A stretch of 64,000 bases of DNA, from NCBI RefSeq assembly GCF_052425735.1, contig NC_135762.1, positions 23,870,001 through 23,934,000 on the forward strand, given 5' to 3'. Shown here piece by piece: positions 49,401 to 61,440 of this stretch. Position 1 is the first letter of the stretch. Each line of letters opens with the position of its first letter. A program made the position numbers and the translations under genes. Source of the DNA: Oculina patagonica. Its lineage: Eukaryota. Below the pieces are notes generated by a model, which saw only the letters and a program-made list of their open reading frames with translations, did no database searches and was not told where the DNA came from.

Positions 49401-52400
49401 TTAACATTACTAAAACATTAACACAAGTTCAAATGAAATTATGCAAATTAATAAGAGTCAATGTAGCAACACGAAAAGTGCTAAATTGTAAAAGGTCTTG
49501 TTCTAAGGCTAGCAACGTAACCAGTATGCCCATACTGTATTTTCTCAATTAAACGCCCCCAGCGTTTATTTCAAACTTGGCCTGGTGGACCCGGCATTTA
49601 TTTGAAGCCGGCGTTTAATCAGGGCCCGGGGTTTATTAAAAAAAGTGAAACTTTCTGTTATTTTTCAAGTTGATTTATTATTACCCATCCTCGGATACCC
49701 AGGGCCAGTTTGTCAAGGCGGAACAATTTTACCCTTCGTCCCTCCCCAACAAACTGTCCCTGGGTCTACAAGAATGATTATTACCAAGAGTTACAGTATT
49801 GCATACCGCATGTTGCAATCAAGATTTGTGACAAACAGAACGGAAACACTATATGAACAACATGGGAACAAGTAAATGTTACTGATATAGAGTTTTAAGT
49901 TCATAAATGGCAATGCCTGGACCTCGAACAAACACCGGGACCTCGATCAAATGCCCCTGGCATTTATTTAGAACCTAGCAGTTTTGACCCAGTGTTTGAA
50001 AGAGACTGGTGTTTAATCAGGGTCCGGCTTTTAATTGAGAAAATACGGTATACTTTTAAAATAACATGGCTTGTATCTGCTTATAAAATAAGCTTCAAAA
50101 ATGTTACTAATCTCGTTCCAAGATCTCGCGGGCGAAGCCGAAGGCGAGATCTGGTCAAATCCGATTTGTACCACGTGATTGCCTGTCAGGAATGTGGCAG
50201 GCCAGTCAATTGCGCATGCCCTAGACAACTCTAAGAAAATGGCAATCAAATAAATAACCAATCCTCAACTATATGAATAAAGAATGCTTTACCATTCTCG
50301 TCTTTCCTGGAATAATATCTAGCAGAGTATTTTACTAAGCAAAAGGCAATCATGAAGGCTTTAGGTCAGGTAAAAATAGTTATTTCATTTAAAAAAATTG
50401 TTCATTCGGCGGTTACATGCAATGTCTGAGACATGTCTAGATTTTATACAAATTTGATCCGGTCACGTAATCAATCATAAATATTCTTACGGCAGATTTT
50501 CTGTTTATAAACCTCATTATTCGTTTGAAATAGCTCTATAATGCTACAAAGAACTAAAACGAAATCTTCTTGTCTTTTGAGGCCGACTGTAAACAACGAA
50601 ACGTCCCAAAAATAAATATATTATGATTGCGTGCATGATCTATAATTTGCATAAAATACAGACATTGAATTCCCTTGGGGCCGCATCGCACGTTCAAATT
50701 TTAGCGCTGTGACAGCCATGCTTTGAAAGAGCCAATCAAAAAATTGAATTTTCTTACTTGGCCAGATCTCGCTTTCCGGCTTCGTACCCGCGAGATGTGG
50801 GAACGAGATTAAAATGTTACTGATGGGAAAATAATAACTTTATTCATCCAGTACACTCAAGCTGGAGAAGAACTGTTCGGTTATCAGTCATTCTGCATGG
50901 GCAGGCTTAACCTGCGATCAGGCGTTATTTTTCTCGCGGCGGAGGGGTCAACGGAAAAATGAACGCCTAATACAATTACTTGTCGAGTCGTCTGTAAAAA
51001 GTCCAGAATCTGGACTTTTTTCTGATTGGTCAGAAAACAAAAGGCAACATTAGAACTCTATCCTGATTGGCTTACTGAGTTCAAGTCTAATTTCCGGTCC
51101 AAAAATATCGCATGTAGATGATTGTTATCATGGCGGGTGTCGAGCGGAATGAAGTAGAGAGCGAGTTCTTCTAGCTTTTAGAAAATTTCTCAAGAGTTTT
51201 GTTCCCAAAACATTTAAAGACGAACAAAGGGAGTGTATTCGATGAATAGTTTGTGAAAGAAAAGATGTTTTGGCGGTGCTTCCGACGGGATTCGGCAAGA
51301 GCGTGATCTATTATCAATGGTGTCGAAGATTATTGCATCACACCACCAAAGATGCCAGACGATCGTGCCAGTGACGAAAACTACGCCCTTGAAATGTCTG
51401 ACCTGAGCCTTACACAAAATCAGCCTGTGCAGAAAACAAATTTTAAAAACCATCCGATCAGCTCGTTCAAAAAGGGTAATTCAAACACATGCTTGTGAGA
51501 GTGAAAATATAATCTGAAGGCGCTAATCATGCACGCTTATCTGATGGCATCGCCGACATTCTCGACGACATTGACAGATACTTTAATTAGGGGGCAGCAG
51601 ACCTTCCCTCTGCAGCGAAAAAAAGAAAGCCTGATCGCAGGTTAGGGCAGGCTATTTTTTGTTCTCAGCCAGTACATGTGTGTCATGCATCCAGTCAGAC
51701 ATATTCCCATATCACCCTCTCTCGTACAGTCAATAAGTACGTAAATAATACTCACACTCATCAGATGGCTCTGAGCTTTCAGCATCAGCATCACAAGTAA
51801 AGAAAGTCTGTAACATGGAAGAGGAAGATCCAAAAAATAGTTATTTTCTTAAAATACTTTGCCCTGATATTAAAATGCAAGCAAGAAAATTTGTTATCTC
51901 TTGTAGTGAAATTATGATAAAAGCTCCATTAAGCCCCTGGGGGTGGGGTGGGGGCATATTTCTTTTTAAAAGGGATTAACAGAGAGGGGGGCTTATTAAA
52001 AATCATGTATCAGTTAGGGTATACCGGTATAAAACACAAAATAAAGTACTTCTTAAGGCTTCTCACCGTTGTAGTGTTGTTTAGTAACACATTTTCACAA
52101 AAAAAGCAACAACAATAAGTAAATGTGGTTGAAATGAATATGTTTAAAAGGGTAAAGTTCCCCCTGTTTCCTTCTTCATAAATTGTCATTGTCATGATTT
52201 ACCATCGAGGGAGGGACAGGGGCTTAAAAGAGCTTTCATGGTAAATGTGCATAAGAAGGAAATTGGGACACGGTAACTTAAATGTCCGAGTGGTTGCAAG
52301 GACTTTGTTGGATTGATTTTGAGAGTCTAGAAGCTTGAACCCAGACTGCATGCGGGCACCTCATCTTTTACAAGTTAAAATACTAGCTGTCAAATATAAC

Positions 52401-55400
52401 AAATTAGGGTTAAACATTACCTGGTGATCCTGAGCAGATAAATTCATGTCATAATAAGTTAATGGCTCCTTTCCTGTCACCCAGTAATATCTGTAGTTGT
52501 AAACAAATGAAATTGTAATTTGAAACATAGATTAGAAAAACGAAAACTACTACAATGAAACAGCAATTCAACAAAGTATGGTTACCTATTATATTCTGCT
52601 CCTCTGAAAAGATTTCCAGGATTTCTCCATACTTTACACTCTAAAAACACAGAAAAAAGAATCCAACTCATTGCCTGGTAAGGTAAGGTAAAGCGTGCGT
52701 CAAGCCATCTGGCCCATACAGCCTGAGCTCATTTGGGCAGTTTCCATAGCATTAAGTGGCTAGGAGTATTTTCTAATTCCTCCTGGATGGGATGCTGGTC
52801 CACTGTAGGGTTACCCCTCAGAATTAATTCGCTGGTATCCATTCATACACCTGGGTGGAGAGAGGCTCTCTAATAACAGTAAAGTGTCTTACCCAAGAAC
52901 ACAACACAGTGACCCTCAATCCACGCCATATTTCCTTGGGACACTCATTTTAACAACTGTAACGTGACATTCTGTTACAAATTCTAAGGAATGGAGAATC
53001 CCCATCTCCCAAAAGCAATGTTGCAAGATAGATGGCAACAGGAGGCATTGTTGTTTCAAGATACACAACATTGTATTGGGGAAGGGGAGGAATTTCAAAT
53101 TTCCCCCCTGTTACAAGTGTAAAAAATAAATGGCAAGTGTCCCAAGAAATAGGCCTTGGTTCGAGCCGGGATGGCACATACCTGCTACATTCTGTTGTGT
53201 ATTTTGTGGAGTATTATCAGAACTACCCAACAGTGGACCAAGGTGTGACAAGGACACATGTTCTATGAAGGATGTGCCATACTTCCGAAAGTACCACCAC
53301 TCAAATATCTATGAAAACAGAACAGTTAGAAAAAGTTACCAATAAATAGTAACGAGATGCCTAAAGGCTGATTATGTGGGGTGTGAATGGCGTCCACAGA
53401 ACCATTTTGTTTTATTCAACAATGTACATACAAATAAAAAAAAATGGAAATGCAAACACTCAATAAAGCATTACAAATGACCCTAAGCAAAATGTACGCA
53501 AATGCGACTCTTGCCTTTGAGTGGTGTTGTGTTACAAAGATTCAATTAACAAGTACAAGAGTTTGTATAAGAACTAAATGATTTGTTTCAAAAGGTATAA
53601 AATTTAATGTTTTGTGAAGGAAATCAGATGTTGCTACCATAAGGAAAATGATCTGGTTAGAGTAACTATCAAGCATGCTCTAGGCGAAATCTCAATGTGA
53701 TCGGAGCTTTTGAGCAAAATTGAACAATTACCTTATTATAAAAAATTAACGCGTCATGAAATTAACGTGAATTTCAAAAATTCGTGTTAATTTAAGTCGC
53801 GTTAATTTTTGTTAACGTTAATTTCCGCACCGTTAATTAAGTGGAGCGTTAATTTCCATGACCTTAATTTCCTAAATTTTGGCCCCGATTTCTCGTTACA
53901 GTCCAGACGTTCTTGACTCAAAGGAAAAATCAGTATCTTAACATGGTGGACATCTGCCGCTATCACTGATACTACAAAGAATGCTCGAAGTGGGAAAAGT
54001 ACCATGAACATTGTTTGCGTTTAAGATTATATGCCAACAAGTGTTTAAATAAACTTGTTCCTGTTGTGTACGTCATGTTAATTTCCTTCATTTTGAAATA
54101 TTACCCTCTCTTTCGCGTTAATTTCCAATACCTTAATTAACACAAGCGTTAATTTCCTATAATAAGGTAATAAAACCAAATTTACAATGCCGTCATCCCA
54201 TGTGAAAATGCAATAGATTATACAAGCCTGCTATGAATAGGTCTAAACGACTGAAAGACAACAATATGCATGCAATGGCAGAGATATCTTCAGGAAGGAA
54301 TTGTTAAGTTATTCAAACTGGAGTTCTCTAGTTATAATTAGCCACATTATATGTATTACTAAATGAAAGAGTACACAAAGATTAATGTCATTTGCTTTTG
54401 TCTAAAACATGCAAAATACAATGCTTTCCTAAGGCCATTTCATTTCAGTAGGATTAGACCCATGTAAGGCTAGTAAAAATAGCATGATTAAAATGTCAAT
54501 ACTACACGTGGTGGATTTAAATTTCATGACAATATAATGAATTGTAAAATATGTGAAAACTAATCCTTCAAAGGCATAAAATGTATTGGCCAGGCTGGTT
54601 TTATCTAAAGGCTTTTGTTGACACAAGACAAAATATCAAAGATCTATAAATTATGTCCTTAAGTAAAAAACAGAATAATCCTTGAGAAAGCTTTTGAACA
54701 GCCAGAGGAAACATTCCACATCCAATCAGAAGTCATTTTACTAGGTTGAAGAGATGTTAAAGAAACTGCAAATGTCACAACAGATGCTTAAGCTGAATAA
54801 ACAAATTGATCTCTGAATGACTTTAACAGAACTAGACTCACCAGTATAATTCCAGATATGAATGAAGATGTTCCCGTGAGAGCAACATAAAACTTAGGAG
54901 TCAGTGTGTTCAGGAACAGAATAGCTGAAAAAAATTGTAAATTAGTAATTAAAACTTTAAGACCTGTTTGGTTCATGCAACTTGTAAAATAAACATTGAA
55001 ATGTAGCTATTAGCTGATGCAGTTTAATGAGCAACAACCAAGCATTTTCATCGGAGATTGATAAACATGCCTGGTTGTTTAGCCACCACAAGTTTGAACA
55101 CTTGCATGAAGATCATTTAATTAATCACTTCATCCAACATGATGCTGAATAAAAATGATTGATGGCTTAGCTGGGACTTCAGGTTGAATAATACATCAAA
55201 TTAAAAAGGATTATCCTAACATTTAATTTTAATTTTGTGTTACATCAGAACTGCATGTGCTCTAGAAGAGCCTGGGTGCCACAGTGAAAAATAATTTTTA
55301 GAAATTATAGTGTAAGAAAATATAATAGGATTGCTATCTGAAAAAGCTTTAAATTTCATGTGAAGTACAGGTTTTCAAAATGATTGCTGTCTTCCCTCTC

Positions 55401-56052
55401 TTCCCTCAAAAAAGAAAAAAAAATTTAAATGAAGAAACATGGCAACTATAAAAAAGATCAAAAGGTCATTCAACAAATTATAAGCTTACGGAATAGACAA
55501 ACTAGGGCTACGAGGAAAAATCTTAAAATGGTCACATTTATAAGCTGGACTAAAATTCAATGGAATTATAGGATTCTTATTTGAAAAAAGAGGCAAACGC
55601 CAACAATGAATACGACTCAGTGAGAACAGCTGACATCACAAGTGTCATCCGGTTTGACATTTTCGATTCGTTTCCCGAATAAAATTCACGTCGATCTTAA
55701 ACCAAAAAAATCAAACCATGGAAATAAGGACCTACCTATAAAAAGCAATTATTTTGAGGTATCTAAAATAGTTCTCATTTATATGTAATTATAAGACTGA
55801 TTTGTTAATTTTTTTAGAAAAAAATGAGAAGCGGCGCGAATTTAATTTCTTGATTCTATTTTTCGGTAAACAAATGAAGATCAATGGCTCACCTAAATTC
55901 AAGTTTTCCTTCAGACGAAGTGGTGTACGAAGTACATAGAGTAAGAATATGACCAAAAGAAACCAAAATCCCCACAGATACGTCCATGACCATCCGATCC
56001 ACTGCTTAATTTTACTTATCGATCGCTGAACACCGCTCGGCTCGTCCGCCAT
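43427..56052 (-). CDS. ST7: Suppression of tumorigenicity 7 protein homolog (548 aa, 18 coding exons)
   Basis: Exons (minus strand): 56052-55893, 54924-54842, 53308-53182, 52640-52586, 52490-52421, 51807-51756, 49409-49331, 48800-48746, 47645-47549, 47185-47088, 46173-46081, 45964-45943, 45846-45774, 45424-45322, 45007-44857, 44752-44660, 44300-44161, 43522-43427. All introns are GT-AG and phases are consistent (1647 nt). ST7 peptides: [98 protein letters not shown]-terminal WHQLTRI. Confidence 0.95.
48295..48554. mobile_element. PIF/Harbinger-type MITE in an ST7 intron
   Basis: TIR TGCACCTATCAATGGTTTGCCCCAGGATGGGG / CCCCATCCTGGGGCAAACCATTGATAGGTGCA; TAA flanks. Confidence 0.8.
50108..50811. 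mobile_element. Non-autonomous TIR element with 9-11-bp TSD (TA...TA termini, Academ-like)
   Basis: TAATCTCGTTCC..GATCTCGCGGG / CCCGCGAGATGTGGGAACGAGATTA; AAATGTTAC on both flanks. Confidence 0.75.
50908..51644 (+). mobile_element. AcademH-like non-autonomous DNA transposon with a RecQ-helicase relic
   Basis: TIR TAACCTGCGATCAGGC / GCCTGATCGCAGGTTA; perfect 9-bp TSD GGGCAGGCT (50899-50907, 51645-51653); internal frame [32 protein letters not shown] (~51213-51311). Confidence 0.75.
52678..52915 (-). mobile_element. 5'-truncated SINE copy
   Basis: The reverse complement matches the body and 3' end of the element at 61152-61440 (TTGTGTTCTTGG..AAGACACTT, CCAGG.GTAT.AATGG.TAC, CATCCCATCC, ending in TTTACC repeats). 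Confidence 0.7.
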
Positions 56053-56495
56053 TTTGGATCACTAAAAATAAAGCCTCCGCGCTTGCGCAAAATGACTAAG
56101 GTCTAGACCTCGCGCGGTCGGGGGTCACTTCAATGTTCAGTCCCCAAGTGATGATGACAAGTGAAGCATCAAGCGTCCCGGATACAACGAGTAAATCAAA
56201 CAAAGACGCAAAAGAAAAGAAAAGAGATCCACAAAAGAGGATCAAAGAAAGGAAAGGATAGAAAGATAGAAGAGGAACAGAACGAATGGATCAATAGAGG
56301 AAAGAACGAACTGATGATGACCCGGAGGGGTACTCCCTATAATGGCCTATACGGGGAGGCTCCGCCCGTTCTTGCTTCAGGTATACAAAAGGGTAGTTAT
56401 TTCACAAGTTTAGTTAGGCAATTCTGTCATTTAGGTATTTAAAGGGCCTTTAATTAAAATATTTCGAAAAATATTTAAAATAGTTATTAGCTCTA

Positions 56496-56793
56496 AAAGT
56501 AAGACTAAAACTGCAAGGGACCGCAAACGATAATGCTGCTATTCGTAGGATCTAAGGAGAGTTCTGATCAGCAATAAAATGGAACTTGATACAGTGTACG
56601 GGTTATTGGGCAATTAATTTGCGTTGGCTCTCTGAGCTGGCGCCATTTAGATTTGCTACACCGCACTGATGAGTCCCAAGAAGGACGAAACAGCTGTCTG
56701 CGGTTGCAATCCTGCTGTATCGGTTCTAGTCGTGGTGGTGTCTCGCAAAGTCAACTTTTCACGTAGTACGATCAGCCTTGCTTTCAGTTGTCT
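56496..56793 (+). mobile_element. ~300-bp retrozyme/Penelope-dependent-like insertion carrying the hammerhead
   Basis: Flanked by a 13-bp direct repeat GTTATTAGCTCTA (56483-56495 and 56794-56806). The ends are imperfectly complementary (AGAC..GCAAGG / CCTTGC..GTCT). No ORF. Confidence 0.7.
56660..56704 (+). ncRNA. Minimal type I hammerhead ribozyme
   Basis: ACCGCA-CUGAUGA-GUCC-caagaa-GGAC-GAAA-C-AGCU-G-UC-UGCGGU. Stem I ACCGCA/UGCGGU, intact core CUGAUGA and GAAA, stem II GUCC/GGAC, helix III reduced with palindromic AGCU loop, predicted cleavage after GUC at 56698. Confidence 0.85.
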
Positions 56794-59465
56794 GTTATTA
56801 GCTCTACATGAAAATGACAAGTAAACTTCCTGTCATTTAGATATATGAAAACCCGGGAATGATGAATGTAAGAAAGGAAGAAGTAGTGACTGATCGCTGA
56901 ATACAGTACAGTAGTAGTCTCAAGTATTGTAAGTATTTGTAAAGTACGAAAATGGTGCAAGTAGTCGGTTTTTTCTCTTTTTCTTTCGTCGTCAGTATCG
57001 TTAGTTTAATTGTATAGTGTAAGTAGGAAAGCACTTTGAGTTTTGTATGTTTTGTAAGTTTTTCTTTTATTATGTGCATGGTATTAGTTAACTAAATCAT
57101 GTAAATAAAACAATTAAAAAAACGAAAAAATAATAATCCCGATTTCTCAAACCCTTGGTTTCTCAAAACTCTGATTTCTAGAACAAATTTTTGCTTGCCT
57201 TGGATTGTACTTCTCTGTAATTTTAACCCGATTACTGGAAGAAAATTCCGTTTCCCCTGGAGGTTCGAGGAATCGAGATTCGACTGCAGTTATATAGATC
57301 GACAAAACATGACTAATGAACAAATTATAAATTTAATGAGCAAAAGAAGGAAGGAAAGAAGGAAGGGACGGAGGAAAGACTAGAGTGATTCGGCGAATGA
57401 AGAATCGGTTAAGGAAAGAATAAATATTATGAATGAAAATTCAAACAGACGATATAAACAAATGAATGAATTAACGAGGAAAGGAAGGAAAGAAAAAAGG
57501 ATCAAATGAAAGAAAGAAGGAATGAACTTACTGGACGAACAAACAAAGAAAAGAATATAAGGGAAAGGAAGAGTACCGAAAAGGGTGACATAAATGATAA
57601 TCGTCAGATCTCACATGCGGCAAACTGTCAATTTATTCGTTATAATATAATCTACATTCTACAAGCATAATACCCGCTCGAAGAGTAAATAAGAGGAGAG
57701 GGGAGACACGTTCTCTAAGTGTCACAGGCTACCCGGGCCAGATGATTATCTAAGACATCCGTCATTTAGAAGAACCCGATTAAATCGAAATTACAGGAAT
57801 AAATTGAAGAGGTATTGCAATATTTAGCATTTGAAACAACATCACATTCAGCACTTTGAAATGCGGGGACGTTGAGCGGAGAACGAGCAGGCGTTTTGCA
57901 CGAGCTTTGCAAACAGACAGGTTTATCGCGTCACCTTACATTTCTTACTATAACACTGAAAAAAAAAAAATGAAAGAAATGGAAAACTGCTCCGTCGTGT
58001 TTACATAAGCTGATGCACACACTCGAGTGATTTTGGGCGAAATTGAAAGTACTTGAAAGTGTTTTATTAGACCTGAGCCGTACTCAACCCGACAACTTTT
58101 GAGTCAGTTTCCAAAGTCAAAACTCTCGGGTGAGTTCATAGATGCTATCCGTTGTTTGTTGTTGTTGTTTTTTGTTTAAAAGACGAAGAGTTCGTAAAGT
58201 CGTAAAAGAAAGCTATCGAGACTACTAGAATGACCGTATCTATTGTACCTTTGATCAGTTGATATTGTATCATTCGTTCCAGACAAAACCCATAAACTTG
58301 ACATGAATCCTTGACCCGTACACTTGAGTTTAGTGATTAGCGCTATCTTTCATCTCGGTTTATTAAAAATTATGTATATAAACTTTATTAATTCAGCCGG
58401 CAAAAGATGTATAGAGCTAATTAGCAGTTCTTATCACGAATTTAACTTGCAAAATCATGTAATAGTTAAACAAAGGCTGCATTCAAGTCACGTTCTTAGA
58501 ACTGAGTTAAGACCCAGAAACACCCTGCTATTTGGAGCAAACGCAACAGTTTTATTCAACGTGGCCAATCGCTACGTGGCGTGGCGTGGCAAGCGAGTTC
58601 CAAAATAGTGACTTTCACAGGCCAGTCATATGTAGTATGTTCTAGGCTCTCAGGGAAAAAAACAAAATAATACACAACCATATTCTTGCTTGGGTTAGAT
58701 ATCGGATCATAAGGCTAGAAGTTTTGCCTATTAATGTACGAGCAAGCAACCTTTGACGATATATCCTGCTGTTATAGGTTTGATCAATAGTGATCTAATA
58801 GAAAATAAGGAATATAAAAGCAGAGACCTATACAACGTAGAATGACTTAAAATTTGTGTAAGTACTATATTTCGGCTGGCCAAGCCAGCCTTTATTTGGC
58901 ATGTATGGTACAATGAGAATTTACATTGGAAGCGTTTTTTTTTTTGCCTCGTCATTGCACGCAGTGGTGCAGAGAGTGGAAGCCGGTTGATATTGTTGCG
59001 GACGATGTTGCGAAACTAGAAATTGATTACACTTCTTCTGCAACAGCGCGCGCGGTTAGTGTTGCGTGCAACATTTTCAGGAGTGAATAAAACATCGTGC
59101 GAAGTATTGTGCAATGCAATGTAGTACCCGGTGTAATACCAGTACTTTATTTTACGTTTAAAAGGTTTTAAAAAGCATGATTTGTATGTTGCTACATTTG
59201 GGAATGAATTATCGATGAAACGTGCCTAGATTTATGTGCGATGCTCTTTCTGGCTTGGTAAGGGGTGTGCGGTGACTACCTTATTGGTACTTAAGTTCGC
59301 GGGTACGTACTTAAGGGAACAGTGTCACGATATTTTAAGTCATTTTTCTGATTACTTTCAAAGTGAAGAAAACCTCAAAATAATAGTTGTGAAATTTAGA
59401 AAAACAACAAAGGAGTAATAAAAATGTGAAAATAACCAAGGATGGTCTCGACTGACGAAGATTAA

Positions 59466-59853
59466 GGCCCCGTCCACACTGACCCGGGTAAATTTGAAAA
59501 CGGAGAAATTTGAAAACGCCGCGTAAGATGTTTTCCGTCCACATTAACCCGGGCAAATTTGAAAACGATACGCTTCATTAGTAAGTAAAAGTAAAAGTAA
59601 AGTCTTTATTTAACGAGGGTAGCACTAAAATAACATAAAAAATACTAACAAACCAGTGGCCCTCTAAAATTATTTACAATAAAATATAAAAATACACTAT
59701 TTCACGCTCCAAGTCCAAACGCTCATTGGTGAGCGTTTTTTGAAAAGCTCCGTTTTCGGTGACCGAAAACGCCGTTTCAGTGTGGACGGTTGGCCTAACC
59801 GGAGAAAAAAAAGATGCGTTTTCAAATTTACACGGGTCAGTGTGGACGGGGCC
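59466..59853. mobile_element. PIF/Harbinger-type MITE
   Basis: TIR GGCCCCGTCCACACTGACCCG.GTAAATTTGAAAACG on both ends; TAA TSD. Confidence 0.8.
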
Positions 59854-60633
59854 TAAGACAGATTGCCAACGACAAACTTGAAAAAACTTGCCAGTTTATT
59901 CCAAAATGGGTTGTCCGCGATGTAGTTCCTTTCATTTCGCCATTTTGGCAAATCAAGTCAACTTTATTTAGGCAGCGTGGCCCAATTATCACTTGGCCGA
60001 TATCAAAAGGGCCCTGCTTAAAAAATGACTACATTTAAAAAAAAATAAAATATATACAAGGACTAAAAACGGATAAAAAGAGCACTCAAAAATACAAATG
60101 AATTATAATTATTTAAAAAATTAAGAAGAAAATGGAAACCAAGTGACAAAAGTATATTCATAATAAAACAATCAAAAATAAAACTACTGTCTAGGACGGT
60201 CTACTGTTTACAGGCGAGACAATATTTCGCGGGGTTATATTTTCTCGATTTGACCAAAAAGTGCGTTAAGACAATTAAAACTATGTCAAAAAACCGTTAA
60301 AAAAGTTAAAGACCCGTGATAACTGTGCGATATCAAGTACCAATACGGTATCGTGAAACCTTTACCTTATTTCAGACCAACTCATAATGTTTTCCATACA
60401 TTATTTGACCTTTGTCGATACTCTTGTGTATTTACAGCATAACTGTTATAATCAGTATAGTTTACTTTTGGCATAATTTGGCTTAAAAAATAACAGAAAA
60501 TAACAACAAAATTTCACGTTTGTTTGTCCAGATTAAAAGCATCAGTCAATTATAATAAAAAAAATTGTACGACGATATTGCGTGCAGTGTTGCAGGTAAC
60601 ACTCTTTTAAAATGGAACACTCGTTTTAATATT

Positions 60634-60810
60634 CAGTCAACTCTCTCTTAACGGACATTTCTGTAAGACGAACACCCGCTGTTGGTCCCGTGGCTCCGCC
60701 GTTTTTGCAGTCATTTTACTGTAATAGACTCTTTATTAGACGGACACCTCTCTAAGACGGACAGTGGGGGCAGGTCCCGACGCGGTGTCCGTCTTAGAGA
60801 GAGTTGACTG
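60634..60810. mobile_element. Tc1/mariner-type MITE
   Basis: CAGTCAACTCTCTCT.A.ACGGACA / TGTCCGTCTTAGAGAGAGTTGACTG. Confidence 0.7.
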
Positions 60811-61151
60811 TAAACCCCTTATAGATAAGCTTTAGTTAAACTCAGAATAAATAACCAACAGGTAGATACGACAAGATCTCTAGATATGACAGACTTTTGT
60901 TGAAGATGATATGAGTCTCATTTCCAACTTTATTGTCCTTTCTTTGTAATTAGCTTATGCTTGTGCAACGCTGTAACCATTTATGGCCCCCGGGTTATAG
61001 CCATCCAAACAAAGCTGTTGCTGTTGTTATCATTGAAACTGTTGCGCGTATTTGTTGTTAAAGTAGAAAGCTACTCTTTATCTGCAGCATCTCGCGCCTC
61101 CCTGTTCTGTCGAAATTTCAAAATATTTTCAGGACCCTATTATTCTTTTCA

Positions 61152-61440
61152 TGGGAGGAGCGATGGCCTAATGGTTGGTGCGCTGGACGGGTCGGGTACG
61201 AGCCTTGGCTGGGGCACTACGTTGTGTTCTTTGGCAAGACACTTCATTTATAGTACCTCTATACCAGGGTATAAATGGGTACTGGCGAATTTAATGCTAG
61301 GGGGTAACCCTGCGGTGGACTAGCATCCCATCCTCAAATCCCATCCATAAATACTCCTGGTCACTTATTGCTATGGAAAACTGGGAGTAAGCTCCGGCCT
61401 GATGGGCAACTTACTTGGCTCGTACGCAGACTTTACCTAC
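61152..61440 (+). mobile_element. tRNA-derived SINE
   Basis: tRNA-like A-box head (TGGCCTAATGG), conserved central GTATAAATGGGTAC block, 3' end ACTTTACC; second copy at 52678-52915. Confidence 0.7.

Noticed and set aside
55609-55625. AATACGACTCA resembling a T7 promoter
   Set aside because: Partial chance match; diverges before CTATAG and has no vector context.
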